A stretch of DNA of 61,547 nt, filler included, from Chiloscyllium plagiosum (lineage: Eukaryota): assembly GCF_004010195.1 (NCBI RefSeq). It is 5 parts of one record of this genome, joined end to end, with 100 filler letters (N's around TTAATTAATTAA, not from the genome) between each part and the next. Parts side by side here need not be neighbours in the genome. Positions count along the whole stretch, not along the records: positions 12,111 to 27,775 come from NC_057710.1; positions 27,876 to 41,581 come from NC_057710.1; 3 more parts are not named here. One strand, 5' to 3'. The position numbers and the translations under genes were made by a program. Positions 25,032 through 37,339 of the stretch are shown here, piece after piece. The notes below the pieces were generated by a model. The model ran no database searches. It was not told where the DNA came from and saw only the letters and a list, made by a program, of their open reading frames with translations. Positions within the stretch are counted from its first letter, which is position 1, and each line of letters starts with the position of its first letter.

Positions 25032-26240
25032 AAGACCATAAGATAAAGGAGCAGAATTAGACCATTCAGCCCATCGAATCTGCTCCACCATTTGATCATG
25101 GCTAATGTGTTTCTCAACTCCATTCTCTGCCTTCTCCCTGAAATTTTTATTCCCCTTACTAAATAGGAAGCTATCCATCTCTGTCTTAAATATGCTCAAT
25201 GACTTTGCCTCCACAACCTTCTTTCCACAGATTAGCCATCATCTAGCTGAAGAAGTTCTTTCTCACCTTAGATCTAAAGGGTCGTCCCTTCACTCTGATG
25301 CTGTGCTCTCAGGTCCCACTCCCTCCTACTAGTGGAAACATCATTTCAATGTCTACTGTATCCAGGCCTCTCAGTATTCTGTGAGTTTCAATCAGAACCT
25401 TCCTCATCCCTCTAAACTCCATTGAGCACAGACCCAGAGTCTTCAACCACTCCAGATATGACAAACCTTTCATTCCTTGGAATCATTTTTCTAAACTTCC
25501 TCTGGATCCCTCCAAGGCCAGAACATCACTCCTTAGATTTGGGGCCCAAAACTGCTCACAATGTTCCAAATGTGGTCGGATCAGAACCTTATAGAGTTGT
25601 AGCAGTACATCTCTGCTCTTGTATTTTAGCCTCAGTGAAATGAATGCTAACATTGCATTTGCCTTCCTAACTGCCAACTGAAACTAGCACTCCTAAATCC
25701 CCTTGTGCATCAGATTTCTGAAGCCTTTCCCCATTTAGAAAATAGTCTATGCCTCTATTCTTCCTAATAAAGTGCATAACCTCACACTTTCCCATATTAT
25801 ATTATATCTGCCTCTTCTTTTCCCACTCTCCTAACCTGTCCAACTCTTTCTGCAACCTGCCCGCTTCCTCAATATCACCTGCCCCTCTACCTATCTTTGT
25901 GTCATCTGCAATATTAGCAACAATGCCCTCAGTTCCTTCATCCAGATTGTTAATGTACAACATGAATACTGTAGTTGTGGTCCCAATACTGCACAGCTCC
26001 ACTAGTCATTGGCTGCCATCCTGAAAAGGAACCCTTTATCCTCACTCTGCCTTCTGCCAGTCAGCCAACCTTCCATCCATGCCAGTCCCTTGCTCTAGTA
26101 CAATGGGCTGTTAGCTTATTTATCAGCTTCCTGTGTTGCACTTAGTCAAAGGCCTTCTCGAAATCCAAATAGATCACATCCACTGGCTCTCCTTTGTTTA
26201 ATTTGCTTGTTATTACCTGAAAGAATTTTAACAGATTTAA
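25032..26240 (-). mobile_element. CR1 LINE 3' half
   Basis: YINNLDEGTEGIVANIADDTKIG, LYKVLIRPHLEHCEQFW; 3' UTR GGGCTGAATGGTCTAATTCTGCTCC. Confidence 0.87.
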
Positions 26241-27120
26241 ACAAAACAAAAGAACTGCAGATGCTGGAAATTGCTGGAAAAACGAACAGGTCTGAGAGCA
26301 TCAGTGGCACTGCATTATTCTTTCAGGGAGCTAGCATGGATACAATGGACTGTATGGTCTATGAGCTCAATTTTAAGTGGATGCAATGGTATCAAGCAAA
26401 AGGTGAAAAGTGGTGTTTGAGAGGCCAGGTTGTTGAGCCCATCTCCATGAGGTCAAGACGACACATTGGAGTTAATTACCTGAGGCTTTGGCTTCTGCCC
26501 CTATGAGTGAAAATATCCCACCTCCAAGAGCTGTCAGACCAGTAGAGAGACAATAGTTCACCAGACTCAACAGCACCACAGGAAGCAGTGGTCACTACTG
26601 GAACTGAAACCTATTCTAAACAAGGAACAAGTGTCATAGTCATAGTCATAGAGATGTACAGCGTGGAAACCGACCCTTCGGTCCAACCTGTCCATGCCGA
26701 CCAGGTATCCCAACCCAATCTAGTCCCACCTGCCCATATCCCTCCAAACCCTTCCTATTCATATACCCATCCAGATGCATTTTACATGTTGCAATTTTAC
26801 TAGCCTCCAGCACTGGATGAAGATTAGTGAAAAGCCAATCTGGATTAGTCTCACAGGCCCTGGCGAAACAAGGAGGTACGCAAGCAGGGGTATGGGGGAA
26901 AGGGATTTTTATAGGAGCGACACTTTCTGCAGTTTTCCTTGGGCTGTTCTTTGAGCAGGAACTTCTCACCACCTGACCTCCTCTGTCAGAGTTTACCTGG
27001 TGGCCTCATTATGTAGCTTTGGGCTTCCTTCAAAACTGGAAAAATAATTCTCCTTCCACCCCTTGTTCACAAGGTTATTATATTTCCCAATTCTGATGAA
27101 AGCTAACAGCACTAGTTAAA

Positions 27121-27305
27121 TAAAAACCCAACAACTGCAGGTCTGGCAGCATCTGTGAAGAGAAGTCAAAGTTAACGTTTCAGGTCCAGTAACCATTCCT
27201 CCGAACCCAGTTCTGAGGAAGGGTCACTAGACCTGAAACGTTAGAACTGATTCCTCTTCACACAAGGTGCCAGATCTGGTGAGTTTTTCCAACAACCTCT
27301 GTTTT
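27121..27305. mobile_element. Penelope-derived hairpin insertion
   Basis: Inverted arms around CTGAGGAAGGGTCACTAGACCTGAAACGTT; flanked by AGCACTAGTTAAAT / AGCACGAGTTCAAT. Confidence 0.65.
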
Positions 27306-27648
27306 AGCACGAGTTCAATGATTGGAGAAAATCAGGCAGGTTTCGTTACAAGAATATAAGCCTCGCCACCCAGTTTCTCTCAGTGTACTGTGCCTGTCCT
27401 TTCCAGTGCACCCAGCAACAGGATAATATGCCCCTTATCCACACCCTGTCTCTCTGAAAGGCTTAAAACCTCAAATATTGTATGCTGCACCTTCCAGGGT
27501 GAAAAAAGGCTATATATGTATGAGTTCTTGGTTTTTTCCTCAGGCGAGGCTCGCATCCTTTGGTGACAAACTCTCACTTGTTTGTCAATTAACTCTCAGA
27601 CCTAATTTCTTGCAGTTATTTTTCATGAGCTTGGAATGAGCTCCCATG

Positions 27649-28055
27649 ATTCCGGATTAGTGGTGCTGGAAGAGCACAGCAGTTCAGGCAGCATCCAAGG
27701 AGCTTTGAAATCGACGTTTCGGGCAAAAGCCCTTCATCAGGAATAAAGGCAGTGAGCCTGAAGCGTGGAGAGATANNNNNNNNNNNNNNNNNNNNNNNNN
27801 NNNNNNNNNNNNNNNNNNNTTAATTAATTAANNNNNNNNNNNNNNNNNNNNNNNNNNNNNNNNNNNNNNNNNNNNCACCTATTGTACTCTATGCTACTTT
27901 CTCCCCACCCCCACCCTCCTCTAGCTTATTTCTCCACCCTCCAGGCTCTCTGCCTTTATTCCTGATGAAGGGCTTTTGCCCAAAACGTCGAGTTTACTGC
28001 ACCTCGGATGCTGCCTGATCTGCTGTGCTCTTCCAGCACCACTAATCCAGAATCC
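27649..28055. mobile_element. Two inverted Penelope pLTR arms flanking the gap
   Basis: 27649-27775 is the near reverse complement of 27928-28054. Confidence 0.75.
27776..27875. other. Artificial contig spacer
   Basis: 44 N + TTAATTAATTAA + 44 N. Confidence 0.97.
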
Positions 28056-29018
28056 GGTGTATGTCACAGTTTGTTGTTGGTAAAGAGAGTGATGTTAAAG
28101 TGATGAATGGACTGCTGATCAGGTGGTGCTTTGTTCTGAATGGTGTTGACCATCTTGAGTGTCACCTGAAGGACTGCGCCAATTCAGTCACATTTTTGAC
28201 TTGTGAATAGGCTGAAAGGAGCCAAGAATGAGTTACTGATCAAATAATTCCCAATTTCTGACCTACTCTAAGCATGTATATAGAAAAGGGCTAGTACAGG
28301 TAGATGTCTAGAAAATGGCATGCCCCCTCTGTAATACTGCTTTTCCCCAGGCTAATCCACCTAGCCTGCACATGTCTGGACACTATAGACAATTTAGCAT
28401 GGCCAATCCACCTGCATATCTTTGGATTTGAAGGATTACTGCACTTTTTAAAAGCTGTTGTGTACACTCATTGTAAATGCTGTTTACACAACGATTGCTT
28501 CAAACTGTGAGAAAAGCTTTGTTACAGGCTGCATACAAATAGAGATTGGGCCAGCAACATTTATTTGGAAACTATAACACCGGCACCTCCAAATCATAAT
28601 ATTTAATTACTTGATCTGTGAAATTATCAATGACAAAGGCCTCCTACCTGCCAATAGTTATGTGATTGAATATCGCCTAGCTGAACAGCTTGGGAGTATA
28701 AGTGTTTGGATCAAAAGCTATTCGAACTCTGAATGGGAAGGAGCTGTTTCCTTCTGCAATACAAAAAGCATCTTAAGCCTGAAGATAGGCAGTTTAATTC
28801 TTCTTATGTTTCTGGAAGCTGTGACTTTTAATTACTAAGTCAGAAACCTTTACAAATGTGAACGAATACCCTGTGCAAAAAAGTGAAAGTGTCTGGAAAG
28901 AAGGAAAGGGAGCAGCAATCTGATCAGCAAAAGGTTCATCTTTGCAAACTCTACGGACAAGAACTATTGAACTGCATTCCCAATCTTTCTCTCCCTTCAA
29001 TCTACCCATTTTATTTTG

Positions 29019-29241
29019 ACGAGAGTGTGATGCTGGAAAAGTATAGCAAGTCAGGCAGCATCCGAGGAGCAGGAGAACTGATTTTTCAGGCATAAGCCTC
29101 TCAGAGGTGAAGCCTGATGAAGTTCGGCTTATGCCCGAAACGTCGATTCTCCCGCTTCTCAGATGCTGCCTGACCACCTGTTCTTTTCCAGCACTACACT
29201 CTTGACTCTAATCTCAGCATCTGCAGTCCTCATTTTCTCCA
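29019..29241 (+). mobile_element. Penelope-derived hairpin insertion with 11-bp TSD
   Basis: ATTTTATTTTG at 29008-29018 and 29242-29252; inverted arms; CTGATGA..GAAACGTC core. Confidence 0.75.
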
Positions 29242-31328
29242 ATTTTATTTTGTGTCAGAATTTAAATTTGTATATCAATGGATCATAATTGTTGTCTGCA
29301 GTTAGAATCTAGTTGTGAAAAAAGCTTGTTATGTACAGAAAACTGGTCCAAGTGGTCTATCAACTTGGGTCTAAAAGATAGGTAAATTGTGGAACTGTGC
29401 GTATTTTTTAAAGAAGTGTTAATGTTTGTGATGACTTGCAATAGTGGGACCTGACTTCCAACGTAATATCCAGTGGGGCATAACAAGAAAAATTGATTTG
29501 CTTTTGTCACCTCCAAATTTAATTATTCCAATTTCTACCTTTTGACCTCCTTAATTTCAATCATTCATAAACAACCACAACCACTGTCCTTTTCCCCAAT
29601 CTCACATCACCCCATTTTCATGACAACGGATCAGAACCCCAACGTACCACGGACATTTATTAACTTTTTAACTCCAAAGAGTCATCAACCTGAAATATAA
29701 CAGCCAAAATGTAATTGCAGATGTAAACCCAGTCTGGTAAAATTCATTGTGTGACCCAGAGGATGTCAGACCTATAGCTTGTTAAGGAAAACACTACAAA
29801 GAGAAACCGAAGCAGAAAAGAATTTTTAAAGAGAAAGCAAATGTAACAGGAATAGATAATAATGGATTTGACTCTTCCTCATCTATCCACCCAACCCTAC
29901 CGGAAAGCTTCTTATTGCATCATAGATGCTTTGGCCTTCTAATGTATGAGGAACATGCAAAAAAAGGTTCAAAAAAGAACCACAGCACTGCATTAGTGGC
30001 CTGACATCCCAGTGTGTGGGCTAGTGTCAGTCGCAGCTCTAAGAACAGCCGTAAGTATTTCTAACCTTCTGCTTAAAAATGCAAACAAAACTCAATTACT
30101 GCTTACAGTTGGCGGGTGTCGAAAGAAATCAAGACCAAAAAAGTTCAGTCAAAGCGAGGAATCTTGAACTCAATTGTACATCAACCGACTTTAAGTCTAC
30201 TGGTAATCTCCAGTGCAAGTACTGCAATGTTCAATGATCAATTTTTGTGAATAAGTCAGAGTGATGATAATTGAGATACTTAAGGGAGTTGATGAATTTG
30301 ATTGGGTGGATAGAGATAAACTACTTTGGGTCGTCCAGTTGAAGGAGCATAACTTCAGAATTCTGGTTAGCTGCTTAAGGGTGACCTCAGTAAGAACAAT
30401 TAGTCAAAAGATGTAAGGCGATTAGGAATTCTTGCCCCCAAAAGGTGGATGAAGCTAGGTCAATTGAGAAAACTTTAAAACTGTAATTGATTTTTGTCAG
30501 ATACAGGTAATATAAGGGCACATCCAAATCAGGTAGATGAATATAATATGCAGATCAGCGATGATGTAATTGAGCCTGCTTTGCTATTCATTGAGCTTAT
30601 GGCCTACTTTTTATTCCATGAGTTAACATTGCAATTAAACAGCCATAATCAAATACAATACTATTGAGAATAAATGTGATGGCAACTTCCATTCTGAAAG
30701 AAAGCACCATATTAAAAGATAATCAATGCCTGTTGAGAATTAGACTAAGACTTGCAATCACTTTTGAAACTGATGAGATGAAAATACAGTTCTATCAAAT
30801 CCCTCACAAAATAATATACATAGGTCACTAGCATACTAAGAATTATTCCACTTTGTTTTCAAATTCCAAATGTTTTGAAGGATTTTTGAAAAGTGTTGAT
30901 CTAGATTTCATGCCTTCTGCAAACTATGGGAGTTTACAGGTAACGATTTCAAGATTATTAACATTTTTCATGGAGAATTCTTTCAATTGAAAGCTTAGCT
31001 GACAGAGCACAACAGTTAGAAGTCTGCACTGTGCACATTGAAAGGCATTCTTCAAAGCACTTCAAAACTTTTCTGCCACGTGGCATATAACAATTAAGAG
31101 GCCACTACTTATGATTTTACATCAATTTATATATAATAAATTCACATTTCAACATTGGCAGTAAATGAACCTGCCACAAAAATTGGCTGTGGAGAACATT
31201 ACATTTTGCTACTTCAGTCGTCCATTTGATGTTACTTGTACTCAACTTCTATAGTCCCACAACAGAATTAACATTTTACAGTTGTAAAACACTAATTCCT
31301 GTCAAATTAAAGGAATCTCACACTGTAA

Positions 31329-32064
31329 TGTTATGAACTTGAAGGCATGTACTGTGCCTTTAAGAGAGAGTGAATGCTGTTCTAAACTGAGGGCTTACAA
31401 GTAGATGTGTTATATGACTAACAGTCTGAGTGTATTGGAAAATTGAAAATATGTTAACATTTGGCTGTGAAATCGATGGGTTACTGTTTTGACAACAATT
31501 CAAATTTAACCAGTTAGTTTAAATTATGCCCCAGGATACTAAAACCCAATCGAGTTTGAATTTATTGTTTTGCCAACATTGAACCAATTAGATGATCCAA
31601 TGATCGGGATATAAAAAAGGCAGTCATTTTGAAAGTCAGACTGAGCAACTGTCAAGAGCCAATAAATTAGGAACACACTCTATTAGGAAACATCTTCATA
31701 GTAAAAAGAAAGTAGACGACCCAGGGAGATCTTTAACTGGAAGAAGACAGATATCGAAGACGACAGTTGCTGTATGGTTTGGAAATTAAGTTGATGTAAT
31801 TTTAATAAGAGTTTTTTTGGAACAGTATAGTGTTATAGAGTTGGAGGCAGGTAATAAGCAGTTAAGAGAAAGGGAGGTTTAGAGTTGTGAATAGTTGTTG
31901 TTTAATGTTCATTTTTAGAGTTAAAGAATAAATTGATATTACTTTCTTTAAATATTGGAATTTGGGAATTCTCTGTCATTCATATTTAACAGATTACAAG
32001 GCGAGGTGAGCTTTTCTGGGTATTTGGTTTAATTAAGAGCGAGGTTCACCGCCATGTCGTAACA
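31329..32064 (+). mobile_element. Solo LTR (736 bp)
   Basis: TGTTATGA...TCGTAACA termini (7/8 inverted match), 4-bp TSD GTAA on both sides, CCAAT boxes and TATAAAA at about 31584-31616, AATAAA at about 31927. Confidence 0.85.
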
Positions 32065-32786
32065 GTAACCAGTGATGCATTCAGACTGTCTCCTCCAAGT
32101 GACAATGATGTCATCAGAACATGCTACAAGCATATTTACCAGTATCACAGCCTGTACAAGTGGTGGCATCATCATGCATCCACAGTCAAGGGTGGAGTAA
32201 GAAGATTTCAAATTGTAAAAATCACAGGACTTTTCATAAAATACAGTGATATCTGCAAAAGATTCTATTGGTCTGATGTTGCATGCTGCTTTGCTATGAA
32301 TCTGAATTCATATTCATTCATTGCACCTTTCCCGAATGAACTGCCAAAGCTTATGTCCCTCCGTTGCAAAAATGTGCATTGTGGACAAACTTCATATTTG
32401 ATATCTTTACCAAACATCTCTAGATATGAGTCACCACTGCCCCATTCATTGACCCTGGATGCTTAATTTATTTTCCGCATCGCTTCTGGTTCTGAGTTAA
32501 CAATGATCGCCAAATTCTGTACCATGATATGATTTCTGCATTCATTCTTGATCCTAACATTGGCAAAAGTGGTGCTTTCAAAAGCTGAACCTAGAGTAAT
32601 GGTTCATTGCATCAGTACTACCTTACTTGATTAACTCGTGCAAACAGCCCTATAAGATCTAGTGTCAATGTGAATTAGGGCGGAAAAACTTTACACTGGT
32701 TGAGTCATATTTGTCACATAGAAAGAGTCCACCATCTTCGCCCAGGACAACTCTGCAGAAATTCATTTCCTAAGGCTAAGCACTGT

Positions 32787-33115
32787 GGGTGGCATAGTAG
32801 CTCAGTGGTTAACACTGCTGCCTCACAGCTCCAGGGATTCTAGTTTGATTCCACCCTGAGGTGGTTATCTGTGTGGAGTTTGCACATTCTCTTCATGTCT
32901 CCATCAGTTTCCTCCGGGTGCTCTGGTTTCCATCCCCAGTCCAAAGATGTGCAGCTTAGGTGGATTGGCATGCTAAATTGCTGATAGTGTCCAGAGATGA
33001 GTAGATTGGGTGGTTTAGCCACAGGAAATGCAGAATTACAGGGATAGAGTGCGTCTGGACAGGGTGTTCTTCAGAGGGTTGGTGTGAATTCGATGGGTAG
33101 GGATTTTATAATTCT
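32787..33115 (+). mobile_element. HE1-type SINE (older)
   Basis: GGGTGGCATAGTAGCTCAGTGGTTAACACTGCTGCCTCACAG head. Confidence 0.8.
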
Positions 33116-33329
33116 AATTCTTGGATTTTAAAACTTTTTTTTCTAATTTCAGTCCATAATCAAAAATGCAGTAAAATACAAAGATGCTATCTTTACAGTT
33201 ATTGTATCATGAATCATTCCTGGCAAAGACCATATTAGTTGCCCATCCTCTAATGCCTTTGGGGAGCTGCTAGTGTATGGTCTCCTTGAACCACTGCAGT
33301 CCATTAGATGTATTTTCTCCTGGATAGTC

Positions 33330-33600
33330 CCCTGAGGTTAAAGATAACTTGCTTCCTCTCTGGTTTGTTGAGTTCTGAGATGTCTAATAAGTTTAATGCA
33401 CAATTTGCTGACATTGTCACATACTAAGCAGATGGTATTTGGGTTAGGTGTGTAAGTTATTGGAAGTCGCTGACTCTGAAGCCTCGCCTTTGCCTCTGCA
33501 TGTTCCCAGATGAGCCTTCTCCACCAACTTCGTTGGTCACAAGCCAAGGATTCCTATAAACTGGAAGATATTTTGATGTAGTCAGAAACACTTTGTGAAC
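33330..33600 (-). mobile_element. RTE-clade LINE 3' fragment
   Basis: ACDQRSWWRRLI...TICLVCDNVSKLCIKLIRHLRTQ, a decayed RTE C-terminal CCHH-type motif. Confidence 0.6.
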
Positions 33601-33829
33601 ACTTGTGAAGTACTCCACTGTTGTCTTCAATGTCATTAGCATATAAAATAATATTTTTTAAAAGCATGAAAAAGAAATTTCTATGGTTTGCTATTCTATG
33701 ATCATCTACAATATGTGAATACTAGTCATTATATTCCAAATGTCATTATTCTTTGTTGCTGTTTTGCTTTTGTTAATAAGAAGCTGATAAGAGCCAGAGG
33801 TTAGAAAAATAGTTAAAAGACAGAACAAG

Positions 33830-35120
33830 AGGCTCTATTTGAATGCACATGACATTCATAACCATTTGGATGAATTAATAGCACAAATTTACTCAGAGTG
33901 CATGATCAGATAGCCAAACTAGAGACATGGCTACAACATAAAAAGATGGTGACTTGAAAATTCAAGTATATGTCACATTTAGGAAGGAAATGTTGGAGGT
34001 ATAGCTCTTTTAATTAAAGATGGCATCAGTATAATAGATTACCTTTGTTCTTGATGAGGATTGTGAATCATTTAGGGTAGAGATAAGAAATACTAAAGGT
34101 AAGAAGTTACCTTAGGGAGTGGTTTATTGGCCTCATAACCACACTGCAGATTCGGGAAATATAAGATGAAATGTTGGGGACACGTGAGAAAGGCAAGACG
34201 ATGATTGTTAATGAGTTTAATTTATATTAGATTGAAAAATTCAGGTTGGTAAAGGTAACCTGGTGAATTCATACAGTGTTTTCAGCACAGTTTGTTGGAG
34301 GAAAATGTTTTTGATCCAAACATGGAGCAGGCAACGCTGCTTTGGTGGTGTACAATTAATTGATGATCTCATTGTAAAAGTACATGTAATTGGCAATCGT
34401 CCTCATTGAATTTTAAACTTAAATGAGCAATAATAAGGGCATGAAACCAAGATAGCTCAAGGAACTGGGAAACTAAGGCTGTGTAAGTAGAGATACAATG
34501 ATAGATAATTAAGGAAGCAATTCAGAAGCATCATCTCCTGCAACCACAATGGTACCATATCGTTGACATAGTTGATATGCTTGGAACTGGAAATCGGTAT
34601 TCATTCTGCCTGTAGGGACATGAATTGTCCTGCTGATGTAATTTTTGTGCCAAAAACTTTGGTCCTCAGGCTCCAACTGTTTACAGTCTATACTAATGAC
34701 TTGAATGCAGGATAGAATGTACAATAATCAAGAGTGTGGTTCTGGAAAAGCACAGCAGGTCAGGCAGCATCCAAGGAGCAGGATAATCATCGTTTCAGCA
34801 TAAGCCCTTCATCAGGAATCGAGCTTATGCCAGAAATGTCAATTCTCCTGCTCCTTGGATGCTGCCTGCTGGGCTTTTCCAGCACCACACTCTTGACTCT
34901 GATCTCCAGCATCTGCAGTCCTCACTTTCTCTGAGAATGTACAATAGGCAAATTTGCAGGTGACATTAAAATAACTGGGAAAGGAAGTTTGAATGAAGAA
35001 AAAAGAAGTTTACAAGTAGACATGGATAGTTGTGTGAATGGCCAAAGTTTGACAGATGGAAGCATAATGTGGGTAAGTGTGAGGTTATTGATTTTAGTTG
35101 GAAGAATAAATAGGCAGTTT
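33830..35120 (+). mobile_element. Very decayed CR1 (APE and RT remnants)
   Basis: LYLNA, ETWL, GKFAGD(FADD)IKI remnants. Confidence 0.6.
34727..34933 (+). mobile_element. Penelope-derived hairpin insertion with 13-bp TSD
   Basis: AGAATGTACAATA at 34714-34726 and 34934-34946; inverted arms plus an unpaired 3' tail. Confidence 0.8.
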
Positions 35121-35418
35121 TGGTCATCTCTTTTTAATCTCTCTCTCACGCACAAACTCACATGCAAGCAAAAACACACTCGCACTCACATAGGCAGGGT
35201 GAAAGAGATTATGGACAGAGGGGAGAAACTGTCCGCACAATTCAGTCATCTTTGTTGCCAGGCATGAGATGATCCTTATGTCTTTTCCGTTGACCAGCAC
35301 TTTTCTTGTGTCGTTTTTTCTCTGGTTGCATTGACTGGTTGTTGAGAGATCAGTGTGGCTGGTACAGTTATAAAATGTCTCTGACTTAGCAGTTAAATGT
35401 CACAGCTTACAAATTGGT

Positions 35419-35722
35419 GGGCGGCACGGTGGCACAGTGGTTAGCACTGCTGCCTCACAGCGCCAGAGACCCGGGTTCAATTCCCGCCTCAGGCGACTCT
35501 CTGTGTGGAGTTTGCACGTTCTCCCCGTGTCTGCGTGGGTTTCCTCCGGGTGCTCCGGTTTCCTCCCACATTCCAAAAATGTGCAGGTTTGGCCAAGTTA
35601 AATTGCCTGTAGTGTTAGGTGAAGGGATAAATGTAGGGAAATGGGTCTGGGTGGGTTGCGCTTCGGCGGGTTGGTGTGGACTTGTTGGGCCGAAGGGCCT
35701 GTTTCCATGCTGTAGGTAATCT
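35419..35722 (+). mobile_element. HE1-type SINE (young)
   Basis: GGGCGGCACGGTGGCACAGTGGTTAGCACTG (A box), GGTTCAATTCC (B box), CR1-like 3' end. Confidence 0.9.
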
Positions 35723-36007
35723 AAAAATTGTGCAGAAAAGATAAGCTGGTTTCTTCAACTTTACAGTGAATTTTGACAACAGAGAGAAGAGAGATTACTC
35801 CTGAGCTGGGGAAGAACTGAACAGCACCTCTTCTTGCTGTCCAGCTCCTTCTGCTGCTTAAGTGCTCTCAATAATTGTTCGCAGGTCCAAGCTGTTCAGT
35901 TACCTGAAAATTTCTAAACAACTTGTTGCCAACAAAAAAAAAAGAGTCTGTGAGCCCCTTTTGGACTCAAATTGTCTGCAACTCTCACTACAATTGATGC
36001 TTGTTTT

Positions 36008-36326
36008 TTAGATTAGATTCCCTACAGTGTGGGAACAGGCCCTTTGGCCCAACAAGTCCACACCGACCCTCCGAAGAGTAACCCACCCAGAACCATTTCC
36101 CTCTGACTAAAGTACCTAACACTATGGGGCAATTTATAGCATGGCCAATTCACCTGACCTGCACATCTTTGGACTGTGGGAGGAAAGTGGAGCACCCGGA
36201 GGAAACCCACTCTCACACGGGGAGAATTTGCAAACTCCACACAGACAGTCACCCGAGGCTGGAATTGAACCTGGGACGCTGGTTCTGTGAGGCAGCAGTG
36301 CTAACCATTGAGCCATCGTGCTGCCC
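36008..36326 (-). mobile_element. HE1-type SINE
   Basis: Reverse-complement copy of the same family. Confidence 0.88.
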
Positions 36327-36777
36327 TATAATAGTTGAATATACTGCAAGGTTACTTGCTTTCAAAACTACAGACTCTCTTTCAAACACTGGTTTTTAAA
36401 CAGCTCTTCCTCATTTCTGTCCACACTTTATAAAGAGACAAACAAAAAGGCATTGACTTTATACTGAAAATGTACAATGTATCTGAAATTACTAATTTAA
36501 TGTTTTTATACTTAGACATTGATTGTCAGTATGAGAAAGACAGGCTCAATTTAAGTTTATAGATGAATGATGTAATTCATCTGAAAGCCAACTCAGCAAG
36601 TAATGGCAAGCTGTTGGTTCTTGAACCCAGTGTGATGATTTTGAAAACTGTGAAAAACTAAGAATAGAGGAAGGATACATTTTTGATGTAAAACTTGCAC
36701 GTAATTCTAATTTGTACAGTTTAAACCACTGGCTCTGTCCTTCAGACAAATTAATTCATTTATTTTATACCTTTCAG

Positions 36778-36878
36778 AATATCTTCACTAATCACGCATT
36801 AGATGTAAATGTACGGTGGCTTGCTGTGTTATACTTCAAAAATGGAATTGATCGTTACTGGCGACGTATTGCTCCACA
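36778..36878 (+). CDS. IPO11: Importin-11 internal exon (N-terminal importin-beta domain)
   Basis: Acceptor CTTTCAG|, donor CA|GTAAGT; 101 nt; NIFTNHALDVNVRWLAVLYFKNGIDRYWRRIAP(H), characteristic of IPO11. Confidence 0.95.
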
Positions 36879-37184
36879 GTAAGTACTCCTTATTCTTCCT
36901 AGCCTAATGAGTTGTGTATAAGTGTAGGAAGTTGGAACAGAAGTAGATCATTAGGCAGAGGCTCCTTGTCATTCCTGTTCCCATTCCTAGCTACCCATGA
37001 TATCCTTTTGTTCTCCTGCCTAACAAGAACCTTTGCCTTAAAAGTGTGTAAGGACTTTGCTACCACTACTTTCTGAGGCAGAGTTGTAAAATTACATAAT
37101 TACTTTAAGAGAAAAATGAATTCTCATCTCTGTCCTAAAATGGCAAATACTAATTTTTAAACAGTGCCCTGACTTAAAGTGTAA

Positions 37185-37339
37185 GGGTAAAATTGCCATA
37201 GTCTCAGAGACCATATGGCTACTGTCCTCCTCTCAGATGAGGGGAGAGGGAGAGAATGAGAGTCCTTCATGGTCACCTCAGCTGGTGCAGGAAACTGCAT
37301 TCCAAACCAGCTGTTCAGCCAATTGAGCTAACTGACCCC
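37185..37339 (-). mobile_element. Other tRNA-derived SINE relic
   Basis: Reverse complement begins GGGGTCAGTTAGCTCAATTGGCTG (A-box-like). Confidence 0.5.

Noticed and set aside
12111..27775. NDUFAF2 exons 2-4, SMIM15, ZSWIM6, KIF2A or DIMT1 exons expected by synteny
   Set aside because: Looked for by eye and not found; a short exon could have been missed.
35419..35490. tRNA gene
   Set aside because: The A/B boxes belong to a SINE head that continues into HE1 body and tail; no complete cloverleaf.
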